A stretch of DNA of 64,000 bases from the human T2T-CHM13v2.0 reference genome, Homo sapiens: assembly GCF_009914755.1 (NCBI RefSeq), contig NC_060926.1. The stretch is one strand, 5' to 3'. Of this stretch, positions 40,765 to 53,958 are shown in pieces (positions within the stretch are counted from its first letter, which is position 1; every line of letters begins with the position of its first letter). A program made the translations under genes and the position numbers. The notes under the pieces were generated by a model. That model saw nothing but the letters and a program-made list of their open reading frames with translations. It was not told the origin of the DNA and did not search any database.

Positions 40765-43197
40765 TGATATGATCTGGCTCTGTGCTCCAAACCCATACCT
40801 CATTTTGAATTGTAATCCAAATTGTAATCCCCACATGTTGGGGGAGGGACATCATGGGAGGTGATTACATCATGCGGATAGTTCCCCCATGCTGTTCCTG
40901 TGATAGTGAATGAGTTTTCACAACTCTAAAGGTTTTATGAGGGGTTCCCCACTTTGCTCCACACTTCTCTTTCTTGCCACCATGTGGAGAAGGACATATT
41001 TGCTTCCTCTTCCACCATGATTGTAAGTTTCCTGAGGCCTCCCCAGCCATGCACAACCATGAGTCAATTAAACCTCTTTTCTTCATAAATTACCCAGTCT
41101 CAGGTATTTCCTCATAGCAGTGTGAGAATGGACTAATACAGTAAATTGGCACTGCAGAGAGTGGGGTGCTGCTATAAAGATACCCAAAAATGCAGACGCA
41201 TCTTTGGAACTGGGTAACAGGCAGAGGTTGGAACAGTTTGGAGGGCTCAGAAGAAGACAGGAAAATATGGGAAAGTTTGGAGCTTCTTAAGGATGTGGAG
41301 GGTTCAGAAGACAGGAAGATGTGGACAAGTTTGGAACTTTCTAGAGACTTGTTGAATGGCTTTGACCAAAATGCTGATAATGATATAGACAATGAAGTCC
41401 AGGTTGAAGTGGTTTCAGATGGAGATGGGGAACTTGTTGGGAACTGGAGTAAAGGTTACTCTTGCTATGCTTTAGCAAAGTGACTCAAATTTTGCCCCTG
41501 CCCTATAGATCTGTGGAACTTTGAACTAGAAAGAGATGATTTAGGGTATCTGGTGGAAGAAATTTCTAAGCAGAAAAGCATCCAAGAGGGAGCAGATCAT
41601 AGAAGTTTGGAAAATTTGCAGCCTGACTATGCAATAGAAAAGAAAAAAACAATTTTCTGGGGGAGAAATTCAAGCCTGCTGCAGAAATTTGCTTAAGTAA
41701 CAAGGAGAAAACTGTTAATCACCAAGACAATGGGTGAAATATCTCCAGGGCATGTCAGAGACCTTCATGGAAGTCCCTTCCGTCACAGGCCTGGAAGTCT
41801 AGGAGGAAATAATGGTTTTCTGGGCCAGGCTTAGGCTCCCCCATGCTCTATGCAGCCTCAGGACGTGTTGCCCCATGTCCCAGCCACTTCAGCTTCTGCA
41901 GTGGCTAAAAGGGGCCAAGATACAGTTAAGGCCATTGCTTCAAGGTGCAAGCCCAGGCCTTGTCAGATTACACATACACATGATGTTGGGCCTGCGGGTA
42001 CACAGAAGTCCAGAATCGAAGTTGGGGAACCTTTACTTAGATTTCAGAGGATGTATGGAAATGCCTGCATGTCCAGGCAGAAGTTTGCTGCAGTGGAAGA
42101 GCTCTCATTGAGAATCTCTCCTAGAGGAGTGCAGAAGGGAAATGTGGTGTTGGAACCCCCAAAGTCCCCACAGAGGCACTGCCTAGTGGAGCTGTGAGAA
42201 GTGGGCCACTGTCCTCCAAAACCCAGAATGGTAGATCCACCGACAGCTTGCACTGTGCATCTGGAAAAGCCACAGACACTCAACGCCAGCCTGTGAAAGC
42301 AGCTGAGAGGGAGGCTGTACCCTGCAAAGCCACAAGAGGATGGAACTGCTCACCTCTTGTATCAGCATGACCTAGATGTAAGACATGGAGTCAAAGGAGA
42401 TCATTTTGGAACTTGAAGGTTTAATGACTGACTTATTGGATTTTAGACCTGCATGGGGCCTGAAGCCCCTTTGTTTTGGCCAATTTCTGCCTGTGGAAAA
42501 GGCGTATTTATCCAATACCTGTACCCCCATTGCATCTAGGAAGTAACTAACTTGCTTTTGATTTTACAGGCTCATAGGCAGAAGGGAGTTGCCTTGTCTC
42601 AGATGAGAATTTGGACTTGAACTTTTGGGTTAATTGTGAAATGAATGAAGACCTTGGGGAACTGTTGGCAAGGCATAATTGTGCTTTAAAATGTGAAAAA
42701 GATGAGATATGGGAGGGGCCAAGGGTGGAATAATATGGTCTGGCTCTGGGTCCCCACTGAAATCTCATCTTAAATTGCAATCCCCATGTGTTGGGGGAGG
42801 GACCTTGTGGGAGGTGATTAAATCATTGGGGAAGTCCTCCAATGCTGTTCTCATGATAGTGAGTGAGTTCTCAGGAGATATGATGGTTTTATGGGGGGAG
42901 GGACCTTGTGGGAGGTGATTAAATCATTGGGGAAGTCCTCCAATGCCGTTCTCATGATAGTGAGTGAGTTCTCAGGAGATATGATGGTTTTATGGGGGGA
43001 TTTTCCCCCTTCACTCTGCACTTCTCTCTCTGGCTGCCATGTGAAGAATGATGTGTTTGCTTCCCCTCCTGCCATGATTGTTAAGTTTCCTGAGGCCTTC
43101 CTAGACATGTGGAACTCTGAGTCAATTAAACCTCTTTTCTTTATAAATTACCCAGTGTCAGTATTTCTCCATAGCACAATGAGAAATGACTAATAAA
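40765..43197 (+). mobile_element. Full THE1 (THE1D-like) MaLR element: LTR-int-LTR
   Basis: 5' LTR 40765-41140 (tgatatg...gactaataca); internal region 41141-42730 starting 'gtaaattggcactgcagagagtgggg' and ending in a purine tract; 3' LTR 42731-43197. Confidence 0.93.
42793..43000 (+). repeat. 101-bp tandem duplication within the THE1 3' LTR
   Basis: 'gaccttgtgg' at 42801 and 42902; one substitution between copies; G-run microhomology at the junctions. Confidence 0.95.
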
Positions 43198-44789
43198 CTA
43201 ATATATAACTGCTTTCAGAGATGTTGTTCTAATTATCCAACAAAACCAGTAGTCAAACAGGGAGAAGTTTGAAAAAACTCTGTCTAACAATATCAAGACA
43301 TCTCAGAACAAGTTTCAAAGAAAAAGGTGTAGAATATCTATGGTCAGCCACAGGGATATCTATTGAAAATAGAGTATGGCACATTTGTCAACTGATGTGA
43401 TGAAACCTCTCCTAATCTGAAAGATTTCCTCAGTGCATGTACTGTTGGATCAGAGTTGAGGTGGGTGGGAGGAAAAAAATCTTGTCTACTTGATTTCTAT
43501 ACAGACTGGTTTCTCCACAAGATTGCATACCCTAGAGCACTTAATTTTATATTCACCCACACTCTCTTTAGTCCCCAAACAGGTTCATGATCAGGACCTT
43601 TGCTATTCTGTTTGGTGCCTGCCTTTGTTGAAATTAGATATAGGCACTCCTATGGAAGATAACTTTGTATCATGGAAATTAAAGTGAGTTGGTTATTAGT
43701 CTCTGTGGACTCCATCCCTAGTTGTGCACCCACATGAAAAGCATTAACTTCATAATTATCTGTAGCTATTCTATTTGAAGTTCTAAGTATGAGATCAGAA
43801 GATTTTTGTCTCCATTGCATGGTAGTCAAAGAACTAAACCTTTCAATATCCAACTAGGTACCGGCTTTTAACATGGTTCCTCACTGCAAACACTCTGATT
43901 ATGAAAAATTGAGTATCAAAAGGTAGAAGGATAAGAATCTCAATCCTTTCTCTTTTAAAAGACTCTTAGATGTCTGTGAAAATTTCACCAAATCTTTTCC
44001 TAAACTTCAAAGTCTCATATTTTAACAAAGTGTTATGTGTTGCAGCAGATATTTTCAAATCCAAAACTAAAAAATATATATATTATAAGCAGTTTGGTCA
44101 TTTTTCACACCTATGAAAGTTACATCATCAAATAGTAGCAATAACCATCTTAGTAATTTCCAGGAGAAGAAAAATTAAGCAAACAATATTGGTGATTCTT
44201 TTTCTATCAGAAAGTCAGCTGTAAAGTAGAGATGAACAATTAAACTGATTTTTACCTGAGGCCATTAAATTTTAATTTCTCTTCTTTTGGTTCCATATCT
44301 GCCTTATATAACATAGTTTACCATGTCTGGTTGCCAATAATGAAAGAGCTAGTCGACTGAACTTTAGTTTCTGAAGACAGATTTTTAAAATTATACCTTT
44401 CAAAATGAATATTTGAGCTTATACACAAATTCATTGAACTTTTAGAAAAGAAAAATTTTCCTTGGTGTTCAGGCAAAATTATGTTTCTGCTTTCCAAGAC
44501 TGAATCTAGCTTCTGGATATAAGTAAAATCACTATAGTAAGAAATAATGGGGTTGCTTTTCCTGCCTTACAACCCATATTACTTATCTTACAGAAATGCG
44601 TAAGGGAAAGGATATTAAATTTCATCTCTCCTTGTACTGAGCACAGTAGTATTGTCTCAGAATAGTTATCTCACCCACAGATCGTTTTCTATTGCCACGC
44701 CAACTATGGCTGTGTCTATTAAAGGTCTCACTCTTATGCACATCAGCAATATCAGCATCGTCTCTAATATTTGGAAAGCATTTCACCAA

Positions 44790-44960
44790 TGACAAAACAA
44801 TGCTCACACATGCCATCTCATTTAATCCTACTGTACAATTAGTATGATAATTAGAATTCTACAGTGGTAGACACTTAAGCTTTTTGGATAAGTGACTTTC
44901 CTGGGTTTGTAAACCTGTAAATGCTAAGTCCAGGATTGAAGCACAAGAGTTTACAATCAT
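44790..44960 (-). mobile_element. MIR fragment
   Basis: 'tgctcacacatgccatctcatttaatcctac...taagtgactttcctggg'. Confidence 0.6.
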
Positions 44961-45058
44961 TCTGAGGTTTGACCTCAGTTCTCCACTATCCAATCTTCCT
45001 TCTCATTAACATGTAGGTAATGTGTACCCCTAGAAACTTTATAAAAATAAAATAATGA

Positions 45059-45375
<317 letters not shown>

Positions 45376-45987
45376 AAATAAAATAATGAACTTAGCATTG
45401 TGATGGGTATAACAATATAATAGGTAGTGCCTACCACAGGAAATATCATCTTTAATCACCACTTTTAATTCATAGCCAGAAAGAAAGGCAGAACATTAGA
45501 ATGGGGTTTCATCTAACTTCCAGATGAAATTAGTGTGCATAAAGCCTCATGAAAAAAGTAAATACATTGAAATTGTGATTTTTGTCTACCTGTAGTAACC
45601 ACATTTACTCATTCTGTAACCCTATTGATTCATCTAAAGAGAGAATGAGCTTTAGACCTATGACTTCTTCAAATGATGACTACTTTTATAGGCTTAGAAG
45701 AAAAATAAAGAATACTAATATCTATTTTCATAACAACTAGACACTTTGAGATACATATAAGGGAATGAATTTGCCATTGTTTCTTATGGTAAACATCTAG
45801 GCACTGTAATTAGTAATTAAGTCACATACTAATTGCTGAAGCTCTTAAATGTCATGTATTTAAGTCCATATGTAGATATAGTCATGGGAATTTATGGAAC
45901 ATCAAACAAATTTGGCTAAAATATATATAATCAAGAATAAAACGTACGTGATAATAGTCACTAGAAATAGAACACAGATTGTCCCTT

Positions 45988-46296
45988 GTCTTTTTTTGTT
46001 TGTTTGGGGTTTTATTATTATTATTATTGAAATGGGATTTTACTCTGTCACCTAGATGGTCTCGGCTCATTGTGATAACCTCCACTTCTTGGGCTCAAGC
46101 GACTTTCCCTACTCAGCCTTACCAGTAGCTGGGGCCACAAGCATGCATCACCAAGACGGGCTAATTTTTGTAGAGACGGGGTTTCTCCATGTTGCCCAGG
46201 ATTGTCTTGAACTCCTGGATTCAAGCGATCCACCTGCTTTGACCTCCCAAATTGCTGAGATTACAGCACTTATCTTACCAGCTACCACGCCTGGCC
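45988..46296 (-). mobile_element. AluJ-like, diverged
   Basis: Reverse-complement Alu with small indels; 12-bp TSD agattgtccctt at 45976 and 46298. Confidence 0.88.
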
Positions 46297-47290
46297 AAGA
46301 TTGTCCCTTTATTATTTATGATTATATCACAAAAGTATTCTTCATTGTCTTGAAATTTAAGGCAATGCTTTTGCTCAGGGGAAGCAATAATAATTACCAA
46401 CAGAGTTTCTACTATCCAGCCAATGCTCACTTTACTTTTCCAAATTGCATTATATTATTAATTTATTATTCATTTATGTGTTTTTTGTTCAATAAATATA
46501 TTTTCTTCTCAGACATTGCTATAAGCTTAGGAAATGTTACCAATAAAGAAGATAAAGAATTTCTGCTCTAGCTGAGATTACATTATATATGTGATTTTGC
46601 AAATCAATAAATATTTTAAAAAATGAAGAGCTCAGATTATGCATAACTGCCTGTATTAACACTTTCTCCATCAAGTTCCCAAAAGCCACCATAGACTATT
46701 AGATTTGGCAAAAAATTAACAAACAGAATTATGTCATTAAGACAGCAATTACTTTTGTAATACCTGTTGTATAATAACTTTTGTTGAATGTTTAAAATGA
46801 TTGGAAACTCTCAGCTGTAGCATAAATTTATATGCATACATATATACACATGTATGTAATGTTTGTTATTCATACCCAATTTAAGGCAGCTCACTTTAGT
46901 GTTATTTTTCAAGGGGTAAATCTGGACTCCAAGCTGCTTCTCTGCTGCCCTGTCAGAATACATTGCTTCCATCTATACAAACTGAGAATAGGATATTACG
47001 GAAAGTGTAAAAGTACTTTCTCAACAGCCTTGTGTAGAAGAAGCATATGATTTTTGCTGTGTCCTACAGGCAGGCTAGATTGATCACTTGATATAACTGG
47101 ATGCATGGGGCTATATAATATAAATCATGTGGATACATGGAAGACACATGTGACCTCTCTCATTGTCCATTCTTTCAGTCACCAAATACATTTTTTCTCC
47201 CTTCATATGTGTGACTCATAATCCAAAAAGACAAGTGGTGTGCCTTCCTCATACTCAATATTTAAAAGTGGAACAGGAAAACTTATAACA

Positions 47291-47836
47291 TCTATTAGGA
47301 TTCTCTAGATGGACAGAACTAATAGTATGATAGGGAGTTTTAAGGAGAATTGACTCATAGGAGCACAAGATAAAGTCCCACGATAGGCTGCCTGAAAGTT
47401 GAGAAACAAGGAAACCAGTGGTGGATCAGTCCGAGTCACAAAACCTCAAACGTAGGGAACCAACAGTGCAGCCTTCAATCAATCTGTGGCCAAAGGCATG
47501 AGAGCCCCTGGCAAACCACTGGTGTAAATCCAAGAGCCCAAAACCTGAAGAACTTGGAGTCTAATGTTCCAGGGCAGGAAGCATCCAGCAAGGGAGAAAG
47601 ATGAAGGAAGGAAGCCTCAGTAAGTCTACTCTTTCCACGTTCTTCTGCCTGGTTTTATTCTAGCTGCACTCTCAGCTGATTAGATGTTGGCTACCCAGAT
47701 TGAGGGTGGGTCTGCCTCTCCCAGTCCACTGACTCAAATGTTAATCTCCTTTGGCAACACCCGCAAAAACACACCCAGAAATAATATGCTGCATCCTTCA
47801 GTTCAATCAAGTTGACACTCAGTATTAACCATCACA
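47291..47836 (-). mobile_element. MLT2A (A2-like) HERV-L solo LTR
   Basis: Minus strand starts 'tgtgatggttaatactgagtgtcaacttgattg'; typical 'cagattgagggtgggtctgcctctcccagtccactgactcaaatgttaatctcc'. Confidence 0.9.
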
Positions 47837-49097
47837 TCTCTCTATATAAATATTTTTATAATTATACATTTATATATATATATATAGATGCTAACATTAG
47901 GAAAGGATAATGATAGGAGACATCCCATAGTCATTAGTCCATAGCAATCTAAATGTCCGTGAGCAGATGGGTGTAAAAGCCCTCTGAATCTACAGTAAAG
48001 GTTGGAAATTTCCTTGGTTAGGCCATAATATTGCTCTCAAGAAGGAACTTCCTTGATTCCTAATATTCTCTGAGATCATTGTCTTTGCCATCTGGGTTCT
48101 TCCTTTTTCATGATCACGTTTGACACCATCTGAAATGACTGTGAGAACTCACGCCCTTTTTGAGACTACACAGCCTTCAAAGCCTGCCTCACATCTGTGA
48201 AAGATTGGTGACACATGGTGCTATTTTAAATCCTAAACAGTCAAATTATTTTTCTAGTTCATCTTTGGCAATATATTTTATTCAGATCTTCATCGATTAC
48301 TGAACAATTAGCTTTTTTGTTTATAATGAACTGAGAACTATTTAAAATACATTTAAATACACATATTTTAAAGTCATAGTTGTCAATCCATTGTACTTCT
48401 TTGATTTTTTTTAGTCCTCATGCCTCCCCCTCTCAAGCCTAACTGCCAGCAATATGGAGGCTATTTGGAAAATAAGTGAAAAGCCCCACCCTAAATATAA
48501 TCTGCTCCCTAAGTTATTTTATTGAGTTGAGGTTTACTGATAGAAACTTTTGATTTTGATTTTTTTTTTCAAATCTACACAATTCTTGCAAGAATAGTCC
48601 TAGGAACTGTTGTACATCCTTACCCAGATTCTCCAATTATTTCAATCCTGTGCCTTTTGCCCTATCATTTTCTCCCTCCCTCACATATGTGTATATATAT
48701 ATTTCTTTCAGTTGAAAGGGATGAAAAGAATTACCATCTGTGACTTTTAAATGTGTCATGGGATATATTTCAGCAGAGAAATTTTATAATATATATTGCA
48801 AATCTTTAAAAGACAGTCATACTTTTAAATATTAAATTCTACCTCTAATAATGTACACTAAGAAAACATTAAGATAAAAACATTTGTGTTAAAAAATGTT
48901 CATTATGGCATATATATTTGAACAATGCTTTACATTGTAATGTTGTCATATTTATGAGTACTTTATTGTATTATTGATGTGTTCATCCATTATAAAAAGT
49001 GCTATTTAACACTAGAAATCTGTTTAATGAATATACTTCTTCCTCTGATATGTAAAGTTGTCTATGTCAACATGCATCTATTTCTGGCCTATCTAAC

Positions 49098-49474
49098 TGA
49101 TATGGTTTGGCTGTGTCCCCACACAAATCTCATCTTGAATTGTGATTGCCATAATCCCCATGTGTCATGCGGGGGACCTGGTGAAAGGTAATTGAATCAT
49201 GGAGGCGGTTATCTCCATGCTGTTCTTGTGATAGTGAGTGAATTCTCATGAGATCTGATGGTTTGTTAAGGGGCTCCTCCACACTCTTTGCTCTATACTT
49301 CTCCTTGCTGCTGCCATGTGGAGAAGGACATGTTTGCTTCCTCCTCTGGCATGATGATAAGTTTCCTGAGGCCTCCCAAGCCCTGTGGAACTGTGAGTAA
49401 ATTAAACCTCTTTTCTTTATGAATTACCTAGTCTCAGGTATTTCTTCAATGCAGCTTGAGAATAAACTAATGCA
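49098..49474 (+). mobile_element. THE1 (C/D-like) solo LTR
   Basis: 'tgatatggtttggctgtgtcccc...aactaatgca'; TSD ctaac / ccaac; ATTAAA poly(A) signal. Confidence 0.92.
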
Positions 49475-51079
49475 CCAACCTTTCCATTACTGATTCAAGT
49501 ATCACATGTTTTTCTAATTACTAGAACTAGTTAGATTGAGCTTCATAATACACTTTGGCAGCTAGTAGGTAATTTCATTACCTTGTTCATTTTGGAAATG
49601 ATCTGGACAGTTTTTGGCCCCTTTTAATCTTCTGTAAAAATGTTAACACATGCTTTAAAATCAATAGAAAAGTGCTCATTTGCATTGAATTTACAGAGAA
49701 ATAGAATTGAGGTCTTCAGTTTTGTTTTTAATTTTCACTTTTTAATCACTGTTTATTTGGTTTTCTTTACATTGTTTTTATGTTACAGTAGTATCTCTCT
49801 AAATAGAATGCTTTCCAAGTTTCAAGTTTTCACATAGAATGTGTAGAATTCTATTAGTATTGTGTATCTGAATAGTCTGTATTATTACTCAGTTACCTCT
49901 TCCTGTGTTTTGAAGAACTTTTATTATTTATAAGCAAGAAAAAAGATTATTGCATAACAGGCCACAACACCCTCCTTTCTCTTTGGTTACCTATCAACAA
50001 GGAAAAGAAAATTCCCCAGTAGGCCACAATATCCCCACTCCTCACTGGACCTTGTAGGTTCCTTTAGTTTAGCCTTTTAATACTTGTCCAAACTTAATTG
50101 CCTTTAAATTCAATAACATCTCTTGTGACTTCTGATCAACACATCTTGTTTTTACTCACATGTCTTTCCAAACAGTCCTATAACACTTGGAAGACCTTTC
50201 TCCATCACAGTTTTCGATTAATAAGATAATTCAGAAACTGCAGTAAGCTGAGGGCAGCACCAAAATCTGGTATCAAAGAGTCTTTTAGTGAAACATCAAC
50301 ACTTCTCAAAGACCACTTTTGAATATCAATGTAATTATTCTAGTGTTTGAAGAGCCATTCTCGGCTAAATAAACCAGAAAAAGATTGTTATCAGGATCTT
50401 TAACAATCCTCTTCCTTGGCAGAAGTAAGGGGAAGAACAAAAATGCAAGGGATATATTTATTCTAGTTTCAGAAAATGTGTATTTCCTCCTTCAAGAAGT
50501 TTTGTGAGTTCTTATAACTTCCTGGTGTTGAAACACAATATTACACATCTCTCATCCTGTGCATTGAATAATTTCCAACCTGATAAACAAACTCACCACA
50601 TATTGCCTGAATCCTCTTCTAAGTCCAAAGTCAAATGACTACAAAGAAGCATTAGTGGACAAAGATGAGTTTAAAGTATTTTAAGTACATGAGACTTTAC
50701 AAGTGAGGGCATTCAGTCCTGTGTCTGGGAACACAATAGTAAAATTATGCCTTATTTCAGAAACTTGACTCTTTAGTGGAAATCCCTTGTTGCTTTTAAT
50801 TGAAACTGATGACCATCTCAAAAATGAAAGCCTATGTTATAACAAAATAGTAATTAAAATAATGCAACTAAATTTTATCAAAACCTACTGAATCTAAATA
50901 TGGTGATAGCACTATATATGTAGTCTTACTTAAACCAATAACAACTGATTCTTTTTTGCTATTTCCCCAAGTTTAAAAAACACACACGTATATACAAACA
51001 AAATAAAGAACTATAGTTATATAATTTTTATAAATAGAAAATGGTAGAATTAGGACTAAAATAGAATTATGACTTAATT

Positions 51080-52757
51080 AAGCATCATCACAAAAACAAA
51101 AAAATCAGGTGAGTGATCATATTACCTGGTTTTAACTTCATATCATTGAAAGAGACATTGAGGAAGGTTGGAGACACAGTCCAGGATCGCCAACACCACC
51201 ACTCCTCCATCTCCCAGCAGCAGCTCTGAGGTGAGGAGAGCCTGTGCACTTAGGGGTGGGAGAGCATAGCAACTGGGAGACATTACATTGAACTCAGTGC
51301 TGCCCTGTTATGGTAGAGAGCAAAGCTATGCTAGGCTCAGCTAGTGCTGGTGCCTGGAGGGAGCGTTTGGACCAGCGCTCGGCAAAGGGGAATCACCCAT
51401 CCCATCTGTTGTAACTCGAGTTTCTCAGCAAGCCTTACCATGGCAGGCTCAAGTGTTCTGGGGGTCCTAGGTAAATTTGAAAGGCAGTATAGGACATGAG
51501 GACTGTAATTCCTGGGCAACTCCTAGTGCTGGGCTGGGCTCAGAGCCAGAGGACTAGGGTGGCATGTTACCTAGGGAGACATCAGCCAAGGTGGCTACAG
51601 GAGTACTTGCCGCCACTCCTTCCCCAACCCCAGGCAGTGCACATCACAACAGTGAAAGTGTCTTCTTCCTTCTGCTTAAGAGGAGGAGAGGGAAGAACAA
51701 AGAAGACTTTGTCTTGCATCTTGGAAACCAGCTCTGTCACAGTAGGATAGGGCACTGAGAAGTGTAGTAATGCCCCCATTCCAGGTTCTAGCTCCTGGAT
51801 GGACGACATTTCCTGACACACCCTGGCACAAAAGGGAATTTGCTGCCTTGAAAAGGATCCGGTCCTCACAAAATTCATCACTTGCTGACTAAATAGCCCT
51901 TGGGCCCTGAATAATCAGCAGTGATACACAGGTACTACATCGAGGAACTTGTGCTCTGAGACACACTGACTATAGGTGTGACCCAGCACATTCCCAGCTG
52001 TGGTGGGAATAAGTTAGTACAACCACTATGGAGAACAGTCTGGAGGTTCCTCAAAATACTAAAAATAGAGTTACCATATGATTCAGCAGTTCTACTGCTA
52101 GGTATATACTCAAAAGAAAGGAAATTAGTATATGGCAGAGAGATCTGCACTACTATGTTTGTTGCGGCACTGTTCATGATAGTCAAGGTTTGAAAACAAC
52201 CTAAGTGTCCATCAACAGATTAATGGATAAAGAAAATGTGGTACATATACACAATAGAGTACTATTCAGCCTTGAAAAAGAATGAGATCCTGTCATTTGC
52301 AACAACATGGATGGAACTGGAGATCATTATGTTCAGTGAAATATATCAGGCACAGAAACACAAAGATCATATGTTCTCAGTTGTGGGATCTAAAAATCAA
52401 AACAATTGAACACATGGAGATTGAGAGCAGAAGCGTGGTTACCAGAGACTGGGAAGGTTAGTGAGGAGTGGGGATGAGGTGGGGATGGGTCAAAAATAAA
52501 TAAGTAGAAAGAATGAATAATTCCTAGTATTTGATAGAATGACAGGGTGACTATAATCAAAATAATTTCATTGTACCTTTAAAAATAGCTAAAAAAGTAT
52601 AATTGGATTTTTTTAACATAAAGGATAAATGCTTCACGGGATGGACATTCTATTTTTCATGATCTGATTATTACACATTGCATGTCTATATCAAAATATC
52701 TCATGTACCCCATAAATATATACAACTACTGTGCACTCACAAAATTAAAATAAAAAG
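51080..52757 (+). mobile_element. L1MA (MA1-3-like): 5'UTR fused directly to the 3' end
   Basis: GC-richer 5'UTR-like sequence to about 52000, then ORF2 C-terminus (LVQPLWRTVWRFLKILKIELPYD), 3'UTR and A tail. Confidence 0.8.
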
Positions 52758-53171
52758 GTTTTTATTATAGATTTTATATTATTAAACTTAAAAAGTAAAA
52801 TATAACTTAGATGAGACTAAACATGCCACAATAACTTACGTATTTACCCTCTATCTTCCTGTCTTAAACTTGAGCTTTACCAGTTGCTACTTGAGAATGA
52901 TTTAATTATTTATTTTGTATTTTGCATAGTATAGCCTATTTTTAAAATTTTGATTTTGTTCAGCTTAGTAGTAAATTTCCTTATTACTGAGCTCTTAACA
53001 TCAAATGTTTTCATTGATGTTTTTTCACTAAAGACTTTAAGTTAATATGTCAATATCTCCTGTATCTCTAAAAGTTTCCAGCTCAAACTTTTATTAGCTT
53101 TTGTTTTTCATAAAGAAATAAGTATTATTATTGTTTCTATCATTTTATTCTGATTAATAATAATAGTATAT

Positions 53172-53303
53172 TGCTAAATGCAGTGGCTCACACCTGTAAT
53201 TCAAGGTACGTGGGAAGCTGAAATGAAAGGAACACTTGATCCTGGGAGTTTAAGACCAGCCTAGGCAACATAATAAGACCCTGTCTCAAAAAATAAAATA
53301 AAA
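53172..53303 (+). mobile_element. FLAM / Alu left monomer
   Basis: 'gcagtggctcacacctgtaat...gagtttaagaccagcctaggcaacataataagaccctgtctc' and A tail. Confidence 0.85.
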
Positions 53304-53689
53304 AGAAATAGTATGATTCAAAGATGCAAGAACAAGTTCAAATGTCCCCTCTCTGTGAAGACTTTGTTAAAGCAGTAGAGAACCAGAACTATCTGCCCTC
53401 ACATAGCTTGCTATGTTAATAAGTCTTTATTATTCCTTGTTTTCTTTAGTATAATTTTACTGCTCCAAGAGACTCTTGAATAAGAAAATAACTTGAAATA
53501 TTTATAGGAATTTTCTGAAAGACTCAGCAACTCTTTAATAGGAAGATTCAGCAGACCTCCCAATGCTATGTACCTCTTGGCCTCAGAAGTTTGCCTTGTT
53601 CTCCCAAATCATAAACTGCTAAATTATGATACTTCCCAAACCTAACCAACTCTCACAATAAAACACTTACCTTAAACTAGACTTCAAAA

Positions 53690-53958
53690 ATGAATAATTT
53701 CTGGAGAGCTAATGTTTCATATGGTGACTATAGTTAAGAATACTCTATTATATATTTGAAATTTGCTAAGAGGTAGATCTTAAGTGGTCATATCGCATGA
53801 AAAAAAGAAATAAAATTCAGAAAATATGTCAGTTGGTGGATATGTTAGTAGATTGTGGTGATCATTTTCTAATGTATATGTATGTTGAAACATGAAGTTA
53901 TATACCTTAAATATATGCAATTTATATATGTTAATTATAAGTCAATAAAGCTGAAAAA
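53690..53958 (+). mobile_element. L1MA/MB 3' end fragment
   Basis: 'atggtgactatagttaagaatac...tgaaatttgctaagaggtagatcttaag...tcaataaagctgaaaa'. Confidence 0.75.

Noticed and set aside
41230-41352. Direct repeat 'ggagggctcagaag...aagtttgga' in the THE1 internal region
   Set aside because: The copies are diverged and I recall this as a feature of the THE1C/D internal consensus, so it is not locus-specific
41190-42368. Cluster of ORFs in the THE1 internal region
   Set aside because: Broken remnants of the MaLR internal ORF with stops and frameshifts
43393-43420. C/D-box-like words (gtgatga ... ctga)
   Set aside because: Boxes are far too close and there is no terminal stem; not a snoRNA
46056-46571. 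171-aa ORF
   Set aside because: The N-terminal half is antisense Alu translation and the rest is AT-rich noncoding sequence with no domain
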